From: a virus
Lineage: Duplodnaviria > Caudoviricetes
Reading direction: 5' to 3' (one strand)
DNA length: 51,502 nt
Virus record (IMG/VR): IMGVR_UViG_3300046722_000334
Span: 1-51,502 of that record
In this document: positions 44,298-51,502 of the stretch, piece by piece
How the letters are laid out: each line of letters starts with the position of its first letter
Position numbering within the stretch: position 1 is the first letter of the stretch
Program-made: the position numbers and the translations under genes
The notes under the pieces: generated by a model
Databases searched by the model: none
What the model was told of the DNA's origin: nothing
What the model saw: the letters and a program-made list of their open reading frames with translations, nothing else

Positions 44298-44563
44298 CGG
44301 TTCTTTTTTCTTCTGCTGCAAAAGAAGCAAAAAACTCTGGACCCCCCTCCGGACGTGCCGTGTACTCGTGTGGCGTGGTTTTTCGCCGTTTTTCGCGGGA
44401 TTTCCGCGCCCGCCGCGCATCCTCTTTATGTCGTTGACGGCGCGTGGGTTAGACCGCCCTGCGTACTACCGCTCGATAGTGCTCAGTAAAACGCTGAAAC
44501 GTCAGGGCTTATTTGCAACGCGGAATCCAGCGTTTTCGGGATACGTTTGCTGCGCACCCTGTT

Positions 44564-44737
44564 TTAGCCGGTTTTCGCCCGTTTCGTCTTCTTTCCCTTC
44601 CACCGCGCCTTGCCGCCCATCGATTGAATCCTCTTCTTTTCGGCCGCACTCATCCGAGCTAGTCCCTTCGGCACTCTCTTGCTCCCGCCTTCTCGGCCCA
44701 TCTGCGCCGCGGCTTGGCTCAATCCCTTCTTCGTCAT
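44564..44737 (-). CDS. 57-aa basic KGG-repeat-like putative DNA-binding protein (not in ORF track)
   Basis: MTKKGLSQAAAQMGREGGSKRVPKGLARMSAAEKKRIQSMGGKARW... Confidence 0.7.
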   Translation of the reverse strand: MTKKGLSQAAAQMGREGGSKRVPKGLARMSAAEKKRIQSMGGKARWKGKKTKRAKTG

Positions 44738-44779
44738 GTCCCATAGCCTATCAAAAATCGCTTGCTGCTGTCGATTTCC

Positions 44780-44819
44780 CTATTGACAGAGTAACCGCTT
44801 ATTGCTAAAATGTCAATAG
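44780..44819. promoter_or_regulatory. Overlapping divergent sigma70 promoters
   Basis: Plus: TTGACA(44783)-17-TAAAAT; minus: TTGACA(44816)-17-TACTCT; 9-bp inverted repeat CTATTGACA. Confidence 0.85.
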
Positions 44820-44891
44820 AGATGGAGCAAGGAACGTCCTGGAGACAGGGGCCGGTACGTTAACCCGGCAACGATTCCAAGCGAGGCTCTT

Positions 44892-45218
44892 ATGAACATC
44901 TACGAACGAAGTGCCCACCGCCCTTTGACCGATTCCGAATTTATCGCCCGTGATCACGAGCACGCCATGCGCACCGCCCGGATGCGCCGGGAAGCCGACC
45001 TGCGCACTGAATACGGCGAGGAGCCCGGCTGCACCATGACCAGGAAAGAAATTCTGCAAGGAATTGACGCAATGCAGCGAGTCCAGATGAACAATCCACC
45101 CTCCTCTGAGAAGTGGCAGCGCGCATCGGAGGCCCTACGTAAACTAGCTGGACTCCTGAACCGCACAACCATTACCCCTGAAATGTGGGATGCGGGGGTT
45201 ACGGAGGCGCAATCATGA
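44892..45218 (+). CDS. Hypothetical early protein
   Basis: GAGG RBS; first gene after the rightward promoter. Confidence 0.75.
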   Translation: MNIYERSAHRPLTDSEFIARDHEHAMRTARMRREADLRTEYGEEPGCTMTRKEILQGIDAMQRVQMNNPPSSEKWQRASEALRKLAGLLNRTTITPEMWDAGVTEAQS

Positions 45219-45289
45219 GCCACTGGCGGCTGGCGCTGTGGCAGTTGGGGAAGCTATTGAAACTGATGTTTTTGGAGAGGAGGAAGTAA
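45215..45289 (+). CDS. 24-aa peptide MSHWRLALWQLGKLLKLMFLERRK
   Basis: GGAGG RBS; ATGA and TAATG coupling at both ends. Confidence 0.55.
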   Translation: MSHWRLALWQLGKLLKLMFLERRK

Positions 45290-45810
45290 TGGACCGTAGA
45301 CCTTTAAATCCGAGCGGTGCTAGCGAGTTGGACTGGGCATGGCTGGCCGGGATTTGGGAGGGCGAGGGAACCGCAGGCTTGTGGGGACAGAAGGATATCA
45401 GAGGGCTGGTACCTGACCGCCTGTACCTACGAGTTACCATCGCTCAGCGAGAAACGACAATGCTGTCAGAGGTTCACCGAATTGCTGGGGTGGGAACTAT
45501 CCACAAAATTACGAGTGCCAGCCGCAAAGGAAGCGTCCTTTTCATTTGGCAGTGCGCGTGTACACAAGCCAGGACGTTCTTAACTCAACTGCTACTTTAC
45601 GTCAGAAGCCACCACAAAAGACAACAGATCCTAGTGACGCTTGCCAGCGATGTCAACATTCGCAGGGCCGGGAAAGCTCGAAGCCGAGAAGCCAACAGGC
45701 TCTCCAATATCCGCCGTTTCGGCCCAGATGGCCATTGCCCGTGCGGCGTCTGCACGAACTGTAAACGACGTATACGTGAAGCAAAACAGAAACAGAGGTC
45801 AATCGCATGA
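45289..45810 (+). CDS. Free-standing LAGLIDADG-like endonuclease with C-terminal Cys cluster
   Basis: WAWLAGIWEGEG, RVTIAQ, GVGTI, FLTQLLLYVRSHHKRQQ. Confidence 0.85.
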   Translation: MDRRPLNPSGASELDWAWLAGIWEGEGTAGLWGQKDIRGLVPDRLYLRVTIAQRETTMLSEVHRIAGVGTIHKITSASRKGSVLFIWQCACTQARTFLTQLLLYVRSHHKRQQILVTLASDVNIRRAGKARSREANRLSNIRRFGPDGHCPCGVCTNCKRRIREAKQKQRSIA

Positions 45811-46538
45811 ACCAACCAACTTACGACTACGGCAACAATCCCGAAGCCGCGCCAATCAACGGTACAGCGCACGGAGTTGGGGAGAGGGAGATTGTTGATT
45901 TCGTTCCCAACGTCCCGACGCCAATGAACCAGAAGTACGCCAAACCTAAGCAGATCCAGACGAGGCGCGGAATTCGGTACCTCATCACGACCATGAACAA
46001 CCGAGTGGCTTTCGTGGACGCCGACGTGGCGCAGAAGATCGAGGAACTCCTGGTGAAGCCCGGCGAGGACTTCTGGATCTGCTACCGGCACAACGGCAAA
46101 CGAGCGGATAAGGGCGAGTGGCAGGTTTGGCTGGACCCCGCTGTGGAACGCAAGCGGGCGGACGCCGAAATGCCGCAGCTCGAGCGCCAGCTCCGGGCCA
46201 GCCTGGATCAGATGCAGAGGGGGCAGCAGGAGATACGCCGCGGCGCCGCAACAGGGGACGTGGTTCCTGTCACGGCGCCCACAGCGCCCGGTCTAGAGGA
46301 AATGGCCTCCATCGTCCAACAGAGGCCGCCCGACACCCGCAATCATACTCTCATCACCGATGGAAGGCCAGGAACGAAGCTGGAGGCCGCCCTCAAAACC
46401 GTGGTCTATGCTTGCAAATCGGCTAACGACTACGCGAAAGAGATTGGATATCCCATGCCGGCGTTTAATGGAGATGAACTGGTAAGAATGGTCAACACAC
46501 TTTTGATCAACGATACACAGAGGAATGGACATGCCTGA
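45807..46538 (+). CDS. Hypothetical protein (possible nucleic-acid-binding beta domain)
   Basis: 243 aa, coupled start. Confidence 0.75.
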   Translation: MNQPTYDYGNNPEAAPINGTAHGVGEREIVDFVPNVPTPMNQKYAKPKQIQTRRGIRYLITTMNNRVAFVDADVAQKIEELLVKPGEDFWICYRHNGKRADKGEWQVWLDPAVERKRADAEMPQLERQLRASLDQMQRGQQEIRRGAATGDVVPVTAPTAPGLEEMASIVQQRPPDTRNHTLITDGRPGTKLEAALKTVVYACKSANDYAKEIGYPMPAFNGDELVRMVNTLLINDTQRNGHA

Positions 46539-46839
46539 GAAACCGGAATCGAAACCGAGATGGACGCCAGGGCCGTGGAGACTTGGCCCAATCAATTACG
46601 CCGACGTGTACGGGCCAAATGGTGAGATTGTCGCCTTGATGCCCAAAGGATACCCCACAACCGTGGCCGACGCCCAACTGATCGCCGCCGCTCCGGATCT
46701 GTACGCCGCACTGGCAATCATTTTGGATTGCGTCGATTACACCTCCGACAGTTGCCGGCCGAACGAGTGCGTGGCTGCTGTGTTGCCGCTGGACGTCATA
46801 AGGCTATGCCGCCTGGCTTTGGCGAGGCCTGTCCGATGA
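46531..46839 (+). CDS. Common phage hypothetical protein (TPGPW...LIAAAPDL type)
   Basis: WTPGPW; ADAQLIAAAPDLYAAL. Confidence 0.8.
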   Translation: MPEKPESKPRWTPGPWRLGPINYADVYGPNGEIVALMPKGYPTTVADAQLIAAAPDLYAALAIILDCVDYTSDSCRPNECVAAVLPLDVIRLCRLALARPVR

Positions 46840-47219
46840 TCTCTAACGACGCTCTCGGCCGCTATCTCCACCTACTGATCTGGGAAGAGAAGCCGATGCC
46901 GCGCCGCCGGCAGTCCCGAAAGTCCCTGTTCCGCACCACCCCGCCTCGAAGCTGGAAGTATAAAGCCTGGATCCGCACGCTGCCCTCGGCGGTCTCGGGT
47001 CTGTACGGCTGCGAGGCCTGCCACACCGGCGGCCACGGGCTCTCGGAGAAATCGAGCGACTTCCAGTGCGTGCCGCTGCTACCGGCGGAGCACCGGGAGC
47101 TCGGCGCGGGCGTGCAGGCCTTCCAGGCGCGGTATGGCGTGGATCTGCAGGCCCTGGTGAGACGGCTCAACAGCATCTGGTTTCAATCGTGGAAGATCGA
47201 AGGAGGACAATTCCTGTGA
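46836..47219 (+). CDS. DUF968-like HNH-fold nuclease
   Basis: RSWKYKAWIRTLP...EACH.G..G...KSSDFQCVPL...H...F..RYGVDL. Confidence 0.75.
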   Translation: MISNDALGRYLHLLIWEEKPMPRRRQSRKSLFRTTPPRSWKYKAWIRTLPSAVSGLYGCEACHTGGHGLSEKSSDFQCVPLLPAEHRELGAGVQAFQARYGVDLQALVRRLNSIWFQSWKIEGGQFL

Positions 47220-47371
47220 ATTGGGAAGCCGAAGTGCGTTGGAACCTGGCCAAGAGAGCCGATGACGAACTGGGGAACCCTTACGCCGAGGCCCGGATGT
47301 GGCGCCGGCTATGCTGGTTGCTGATCTTCTTCGATGTGATCTTAGGCGGGGTCTACTGGGCGAGCCTGTAG
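47216..47371 (+). CDS. 51-aa membrane protein
   Basis: GGAGG RBS, GTGA overlap, C-terminal TM. Confidence 0.6.
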   Translation: MNWEAEVRWNLAKRADDELGNPYAEARMWRRLCWLLIFFDVILGGVYWASL

Positions 47372-47980
47372 ATACTCCATTACCTGGCGGCCGATGAATT
47401 CGGAGTAAGCCGGGGGAATAGCTTCCCGTGTTTCGTGGCGACTCATCCAGGGGACTCCCATTTCGTTGCGCCACAATTTCTCGGGATCTTGCCGCCCGAA
47501 CTCCGCGTAGATCCGCTTGCGACTTTCGGACCGATGCGGATTCAAGACCGGCTCGGCGGCGAAACAATCTGGCACCAGCGCGAAAACGAAAGGCGATTCA
47601 AAAAGCCGGTGCCGGTGGACCCGCATGCCAAAATGTGTCCCGCAGAGGATCAGCGGCTCACGAAGCGGCGCTCCGAGCACGTTCTCGATACACCACGCCG
47701 CACCTGAACACTCCAAGCGTTCGCGCATGGCGTCGATAAGCATCGGCTGAGGAGTCGCCAGATGCCGCATTGCTGAGGAGTAGGACTGACACGGCGGGCT
47801 TGCCCAGATGAAATCAAACCCTTCTAGCGGAAACGTGAGTGCATCGGCCTGGTGGAACTCGTCTCCGATGTAACGGGGCTGAGGCTTGATGTCCACGCCT
47901 GTCACGTGGAAGCCTGCCATCTGAAGGCCTTTGGTGGCTCCGCCAGCTCCGCAAAAGAGATCCAGGGCGCGAGGATTCAT
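47342..47980 (-). CDS. C5 cytosine DNA methyltransferase (short phage type)
   Basis: LDLFCGAGG, ASPPCQ, IENV, RHRLFE, EAIPPAY. Confidence 0.93.
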   Translation of the reverse strand: MNPRALDLFCGAGGATKGLQMAGFHVTGVDIKPQPRYIGDEFHQADALTFPLEGFDFIWASPPCQSYSSAMRHLATPQPMLIDAMRERLECSGAAWCIENVLGAPLREPLILCGTHFGMRVHRHRLFESPFVFALVPDCFAAEPVLNPHRSESRKRIYAEFGRQDPEKLWRNEMGVPWMSRHETREAIPPAYSEFIGRQVMEYLQARPVDPA

Positions 47981-48189
47981 GACGCTTTCCCCTTCCACGC
48001 CGCACTCCACTGCGGCTGAGTCAGTAGAGGCACGCTGCGCCACTCGAGCCATCCTTCGATAGTTCCCAGCACCATCGCTTCTTGTTCGTCTGGGGAAAGC
48101 TCCGGCCTCACAATTGAGATTGCGTGGAGCAGGAACCCCATGGCGTCTTCTATCGATTCGTCGGTTAAATGGTCAAACTGATGGCTCAT
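47977..48189 (-). CDS. Hypothetical protein
   Basis: 70 aa, coupled on both sides. Confidence 0.7.
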   Translation of the reverse strand: MSHQFDHLTDESIEDAMGFLLHAISIVRPELSPDEQEAMVLGTIEGWLEWRSVPLLTQPQWSAAWKGKAS

Positions 48190-48749
48190 TTCCTACTCCC
48201 CAAGGGTTCAACATTAGGGCAACCACCCAATCGTTTCTCCACATAAATTTTAGCGAGCAACTTGGAGACAAAGCTTCCCCACACGCTGTGTTCCGGACTT
48301 TCCGCATACCAGACACCCGGCTCCATCGTGGGGAACGCTTCTGATACCAAAGCGAGAATTTTCCCGTTTTCGTCAATGCAAGCCTCTGCTCTGTGGTAGG
48401 AATCTGGCAACTCAAACCAGCGCTTGGTATTTTGGGCCACAACCAGCCGCGGTGTCCTATCAGGCTGATAAGCCACAAGGTTTGGTTTTGCGGGTAATCT
48501 CGGCGGGGAACTCCAAAGTTTTAATACCGGCCACACTGCGGCGCACATGTCATCCAGGTCGGCATCGTATAGCAGGTCGATGTCGCCACCAGTAATCCGG
48601 CACCCATCAGGGTGATAGATCGGTGCATAGAGACGTACGGCTTGAAGGGTTGGTACGTGGTGCATTTGATTTAACCTGAGCCCAAGCCACACAGGAGCGG
48701 CAAGAAAAAAACCGATAGTCAACCACTTTGCGATCCGTTGGTTAAACAT
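48186..48749 (-). CDS. Membrane-anchored hypothetical protein
   Basis: N-terminal TM; GGAGG RBS. Confidence 0.7.
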   Translation of the reverse strand: MFNQRIAKWLTIGFFLAAPVWLGLRLNQMHHVPTLQAVRLYAPIYHPDGCRITGGDIDLLYDADLDDMCAAVWPVLKLWSSPPRLPAKPNLVAYQPDRTPRLVVAQNTKRWFELPDSYHRAEACIDENGKILALVSEAFPTMEPGVWYAESPEHSVWGSFVSKLLAKIYVEKRLGGCPNVEPLGSRK

Positions 48750-49103
48750 TTAAGGCTTTCCTCCCTGTGAATCTGACGTGATGCCTGAAGGCGGAGGGGG
48801 ACTGGAGCGCGCGGGAATGATACCCAGGGCCCGCAGTCGCATAGTGATCGCTGTCGCTGTCACATGATCGTAGTTGCTTGGCACATCGTCTGCGAGTTCC
48901 CCTCCGCACGTGAAGCATACGAACCGGCCCGCATATCGGGTGACAAATGCGATGTCATCCTGCGAAGGGTTGTCGTAGAACACTGTGGTTACGACGGCCA
49001 CGTTATTTGAATGATCCGCGCACCGGCACATCTTCCACGTAACCGATTGGGAATCCCGCGTTGCGGTCCCTGCTTCCTCTCCAGGATTCACGTTCTGGTT
49101 CAT
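48750..49103 (-). CDS. Hypothetical protein with Cys pairs
   Basis: CRC...CFTC; AAGGAG RBS. Confidence 0.7.
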   Translation of the reverse strand: MNQNVNPGEEAGTATRDSQSVTWKMCRCADHSNNVAVVTTVFYDNPSQDDIAFVTRYAGRFVCFTCGGELADDVPSNYDHVTATAITMRLRALGIIPARSSPPPPSGITSDSQGGKP

Positions 49104-49247
49104 AGGCTCAACTCCTTAGAAGGGGCCCACTCCAGCAGAAGTGGACCCCCTTATTGGCGTGTCTACCAATTCGATGATGCTACGGGCATGCCGGACCCAT
49201 GCCCTGGTCTGCTACAGCCACGCCTGTAGCCGCGATCTCGAGATCCC

Positions 49248-49898
49248 TCAATCTACGCCGAATTTAATGTGCGCGCGCACGATCGCGCACAGGGCCCTGT
49301 GCTCTGAGGGCCTGTCGGTGGTGTGGGCGGCGCCGGCGGCGGCGACGTAGGCGGCGGCGGCGGAGGAGGCGGCGGCGGCGACGGCGAAGTCGGCGGCGGA
49401 GGCGGAGTAGGCCGCGGCGGAGGCGGCGGCGTAGGCGTAGGCTGAGGCGTAGGCGGCGGCGGAGGCGGCGTAGGCTGCAGCGGAGGCTACGGCAGCGGAG
49501 GCGAAGTCGTAGTCGGAGGCGGCAGACGCTGCGGCGTAGGCGGCGGATGAGGCAGCGTAGGAGGCGGCGGAGGCGGCGCAGGCGGAGGCCTTGACCTCCT
49601 CTAGTACTGCCTCTCCGCGCGTCCACCTCTCTGCTGTCTCAATCGCTTGCAGCGGGCCCCGGTCACCAGCGGGTACAAAGCGCAAGGCGCGACGGGCGCA
49701 CTGGCAGGCGCACCACACCAGTTTCCCGCGGTCCACCTTTGCTTTGGCTGCCCACCAGAGGAGCCAGTCGGCGCGCTCGCATTGCTCCCACGCTTCAGCA
49801 GCAGTGCGGGACTCTAGCCATTTCATGGCTGCGGCGCATGCGGATTTGCCTTCGAGCCAAGCGCGGAATTCGGTATTCGTTTGTGGAGATAAACTCAT
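49248..49898 (-). CDS. Imm5-like protein with Ala-rich low-complexity tract
   Basis: RADWLLW, CACQCARRAL, PLQAIETAERWTRGE, then (A/S/Y)n. Confidence 0.75.
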   Translation of the reverse strand: MSLSPQTNTEFRAWLEGKSACAAAMKWLESRTAAEAWEQCERADWLLWWAAKAKVDRGKLVWCACQCARRALRFVPAGDRGPLQAIETAERWTRGEAVLEEVKASACAASAASYAASSAAYAAASAASDYDFASAAVASAAAYAASAAAYASAYAYAAASAAAYSASAADFAVAAAASSAAAAYVAAAGAAHTTDRPSEHRALCAIVRAHIKFGVD

Positions 49899-50194
49899 AT
49901 CGCCCAGATCCCGCTTTCATCGATAAAGTTTGGATCGTAGGGCTTCTGCCTGGCGGCTTCTTTGGCCACGTGGTAGCAGACCGCCGAGTGGTGGATGTTC
50001 AAATGGCGGCCGATCTCCTCCACGGTCAGCCCCATTTGCCGCAGGTCCCAGCAGGCCTGGCGCCGCGCCATCACGCAGGCGTGCCGATGGCTTCCCGCTA
50101 GAACCTGGCCCAAGGTCACCCCGTAGCGCGCCGCGGATTGAGCGACGATCTCTAGGATTTTCACGCGGGGCTGACGGACGGTACGGAGCCTCAT
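49895..50194 (-). CDS. DnaA C-terminal (domain IV)-like HTH protein
   Basis: SAARYGVT...ARRQACWDLR..GLTVEEIGRHLNIHHSAVCY. Confidence 0.85.
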   Translation of the reverse strand: MRLRTVRQPRVKILEIVAQSAARYGVTLGQVLAGSHRHACVMARRQACWDLRQMGLTVEEIGRHLNIHHSAVCYHVAKEAARQKPYDPNFIDESGIWAI

Positions 50195-50224
50195 AAGCGG
50201 CCTCCTCGGTACCGGCTCCGTTCG

Positions 50225-50446
50225 TTAGTCGTCGTCGGAATCACAGGCATAAACCTCTTCCTCCTTTTCGACCGAGAATTTGTACTCGTCGTCTTCAATG
50301 GGCCCTCGCTCCAAAAACGGGTCCCCTTCTTCTCTGGTCAATCCCGTATGCGAGTGCAGTAAAGCGTAGAAAGTCTGCTGGCCCGCCAGAGAAATGGTGG
50401 AGAGCTGTTCTTGGGTGTCTTTGCGTAAGATCCGATAGCGCATCAT
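50225..50446 (-). CDS. Small acidic hypothetical protein
   Basis: AAGGAGG RBS. Confidence 0.7.
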   Translation of the reverse strand: MMRYRILRKDTQEQLSTISLAGQQTFYALLHSHTGLTREEGDPFLERGPIEDDEYKFSVEKEEEVYACDSDDD

Positions 50447-50457
50447 GGGTTTCCTCC

Positions 50458-51060
50458 TTAGTCTGGCTTTGGCGGGTCATCAATCCCGAGCCGTTCGAGT
50501 TGTTCGCGTTTTCGCTGTTGCTCTTGTTCCCATAAATGTTGGCCGTCCCGTAATATTCGGTCAACATCAAACTGTGTAAGCGGTTTCCTTTCTAGGCGTG
50601 GTTTTGTTTCGGTCGCTGCAATCCGCCGCTCTACGTCTTCGCGCTCCGCCTCTTCCTTCAGGGCGAGTTGATGCCCCTTAACACCGCCATACTCGCAGTA
50701 GTCATAACGCGGATCGCAGAGAACGCATGGGCGCGCTAGTTTTCCTTGCTCTATCAATTCAGCACGGCCCAACGGAGCAATTTCTTTTTGAGGCGGCGCG
50801 TATTTGCACTGGAACAAAGAGCGCAGTTGCTGCGTCCCTCCGCGATCAGGCCAGCCGTTCTCCCACGTCTCGCGCGCCTCTTCGACCAAGCCCGCGGCCT
50901 GCCTCTCAGGAGACCAGACCACCCCATTGATGACAGCTCCTTTGCACCAACGGATCAGATCCATAGCTGTGGCTTCAATTGCCGCCTGTTGGTAAGGGTG
51001 GCCTATCGACACAAGCGAACCGGCCAAATTGAGAGCCACCTCGTGCCGTAGTTCAGCCAT
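50458..51060 (-). CDS. Hypothetical protein downstream of the initiator (lambda P position)
   Basis: AAGGAGG RBS; start overlaps the initiator stop. Confidence 0.7.
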   Translation of the reverse strand: MAELRHEVALNLAGSLVSIGHPYQQAAIEATAMDLIRWCKGAVINGVVWSPERQAAGLVEEARETWENGWPDRGGTQQLRSLFQCKYAPPQKEIAPLGRAELIEQGKLARPCVLCDPRYDYCEYGGVKGHQLALKEEAEREDVERRIAATETKPRLERKPLTQFDVDRILRDGQHLWEQEQQRKREQLERLGIDDPPKPD

Positions 51061-51502
51061 TGCCGGCCTCCTTGGCGCGCTCCTCATAAAGTTCGCGGAC
51101 TCGCTGTTCGAAATAACTCTCCTTTGCTGGGCCACGCGGCTTCCCCAGATAAGGCGGCGGGTCCGTCCCGTAGATCTTCAGCCAGTTCGAAGCCAGGGGC
51201 ACCCAGCGGCCTTCGTCGTCCTCTAGCGACCGAATCCATCGTTCGGACTTCCGGTAAACGATCACTTGCTCCAGGACTCGGCATTGCTCCGCGTTGCTCA
51301 GGGCTTCAAAAGCAGGTTTGGTTTTGCCTTCATCGAACTTCTGGCTGGGGTATGCGGTTTTGAATTGTTGATAGAGAGAATCATCCTCCTCGTCCTCCGC
51401 TTTTGCCGGAAGGTGTTCGAGTTGTTGATCTTTTACTAAAGGCAGAGGAGGAGGAGGAGGAGGAGGAGGAGGAGGAGGAGGAGGAGGAGGAGGAGGTTCT
51501 TT
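51053..51502 (-). CDS. Replication initiator, 3' part (includes Pro17)
   Basis: KE-P17-LPLVKDQ...YQQFKTAYP...WIRSLEDDEGRWVPLASNWL, an initiator-type C-terminal motif. Confidence 0.85.
   Translation of the reverse strand, partial: KEPPPPPPPPPPPPPPPPPLPLVKDQQLEHLPAKAEDEEDDSLYQQFKTAYPSQKFDEGKTKPAFEALSNAEQCRVLEQVIVYRKSERWIRSLEDDEGRWVPLASNWLKIYGTDPPPYLGKPRGPAKESYFEQRVRELYEERAKEAGNG

Noticed and set aside
44502-44744. 80-aa ORF MGHDEEG from the ORF track
   Set aside because: The overlapping frame 44564-44737 gives a more recognisable basic repeat protein
47008-47025. Second CxxCH (CEACH) as a heme site
   Set aside because: It lies in a cytoplasmic DUF968-like nuclease motif with no signal peptide; the match is coincidental
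49320-49590. GGC-rich tandem repeat as a DNA element
   Set aside because: Explained by the Ala-rich coding tract of the Imm5-like gene

Overview
A complete, circularly assembled ~51.45 kb temperate tailed-phage genome: bases 1-51 repeat as 51452-51502, and the gene order is podovirus-like. The GC-rich sequence and '...AQ'-type signal peptides suggest an Acidobacteriota-like host, but that is inference only. The contig break falls in a (CCT)17 poly-Pro tract of a lambda-O-like replication initiator that the ORF track misses; the gene carries palindromic iterons. Modules are: a Cre-like tyrosine recombinase; LuxR regulators; terminase, portal, scaffold and capsid; a long virion/tail region; ejection proteins including a 1634-aa modular protein; a serine resolvase; and a divergent early region (LAGLIDADG, DUF968-like nuclease, C5 methyltransferase, DnaA-C HTH). 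Two things stand out. (1) Four Cys-rich genes inside the virion module carry Sec-type signal peptides, and one 1275-aa product contains a class I cytochrome c-like CxxCH domain, suggesting periplasm-matured, possibly heme-bearing phage appendages. (2) An A-X1-B-A-X2-B tandem 'alternative cassette' architecture recurs at three unlinked loci, with related repeat-flanked and circularly permuted domain insertions inside proteins. Also seen: antisense, often leaderless, morons in the late operon; a tRNA-like mini-element; candidate structured RNAs; and no recognisable endolysin or CI repressor. All family calls come from motif recognition by eye, not database searches.
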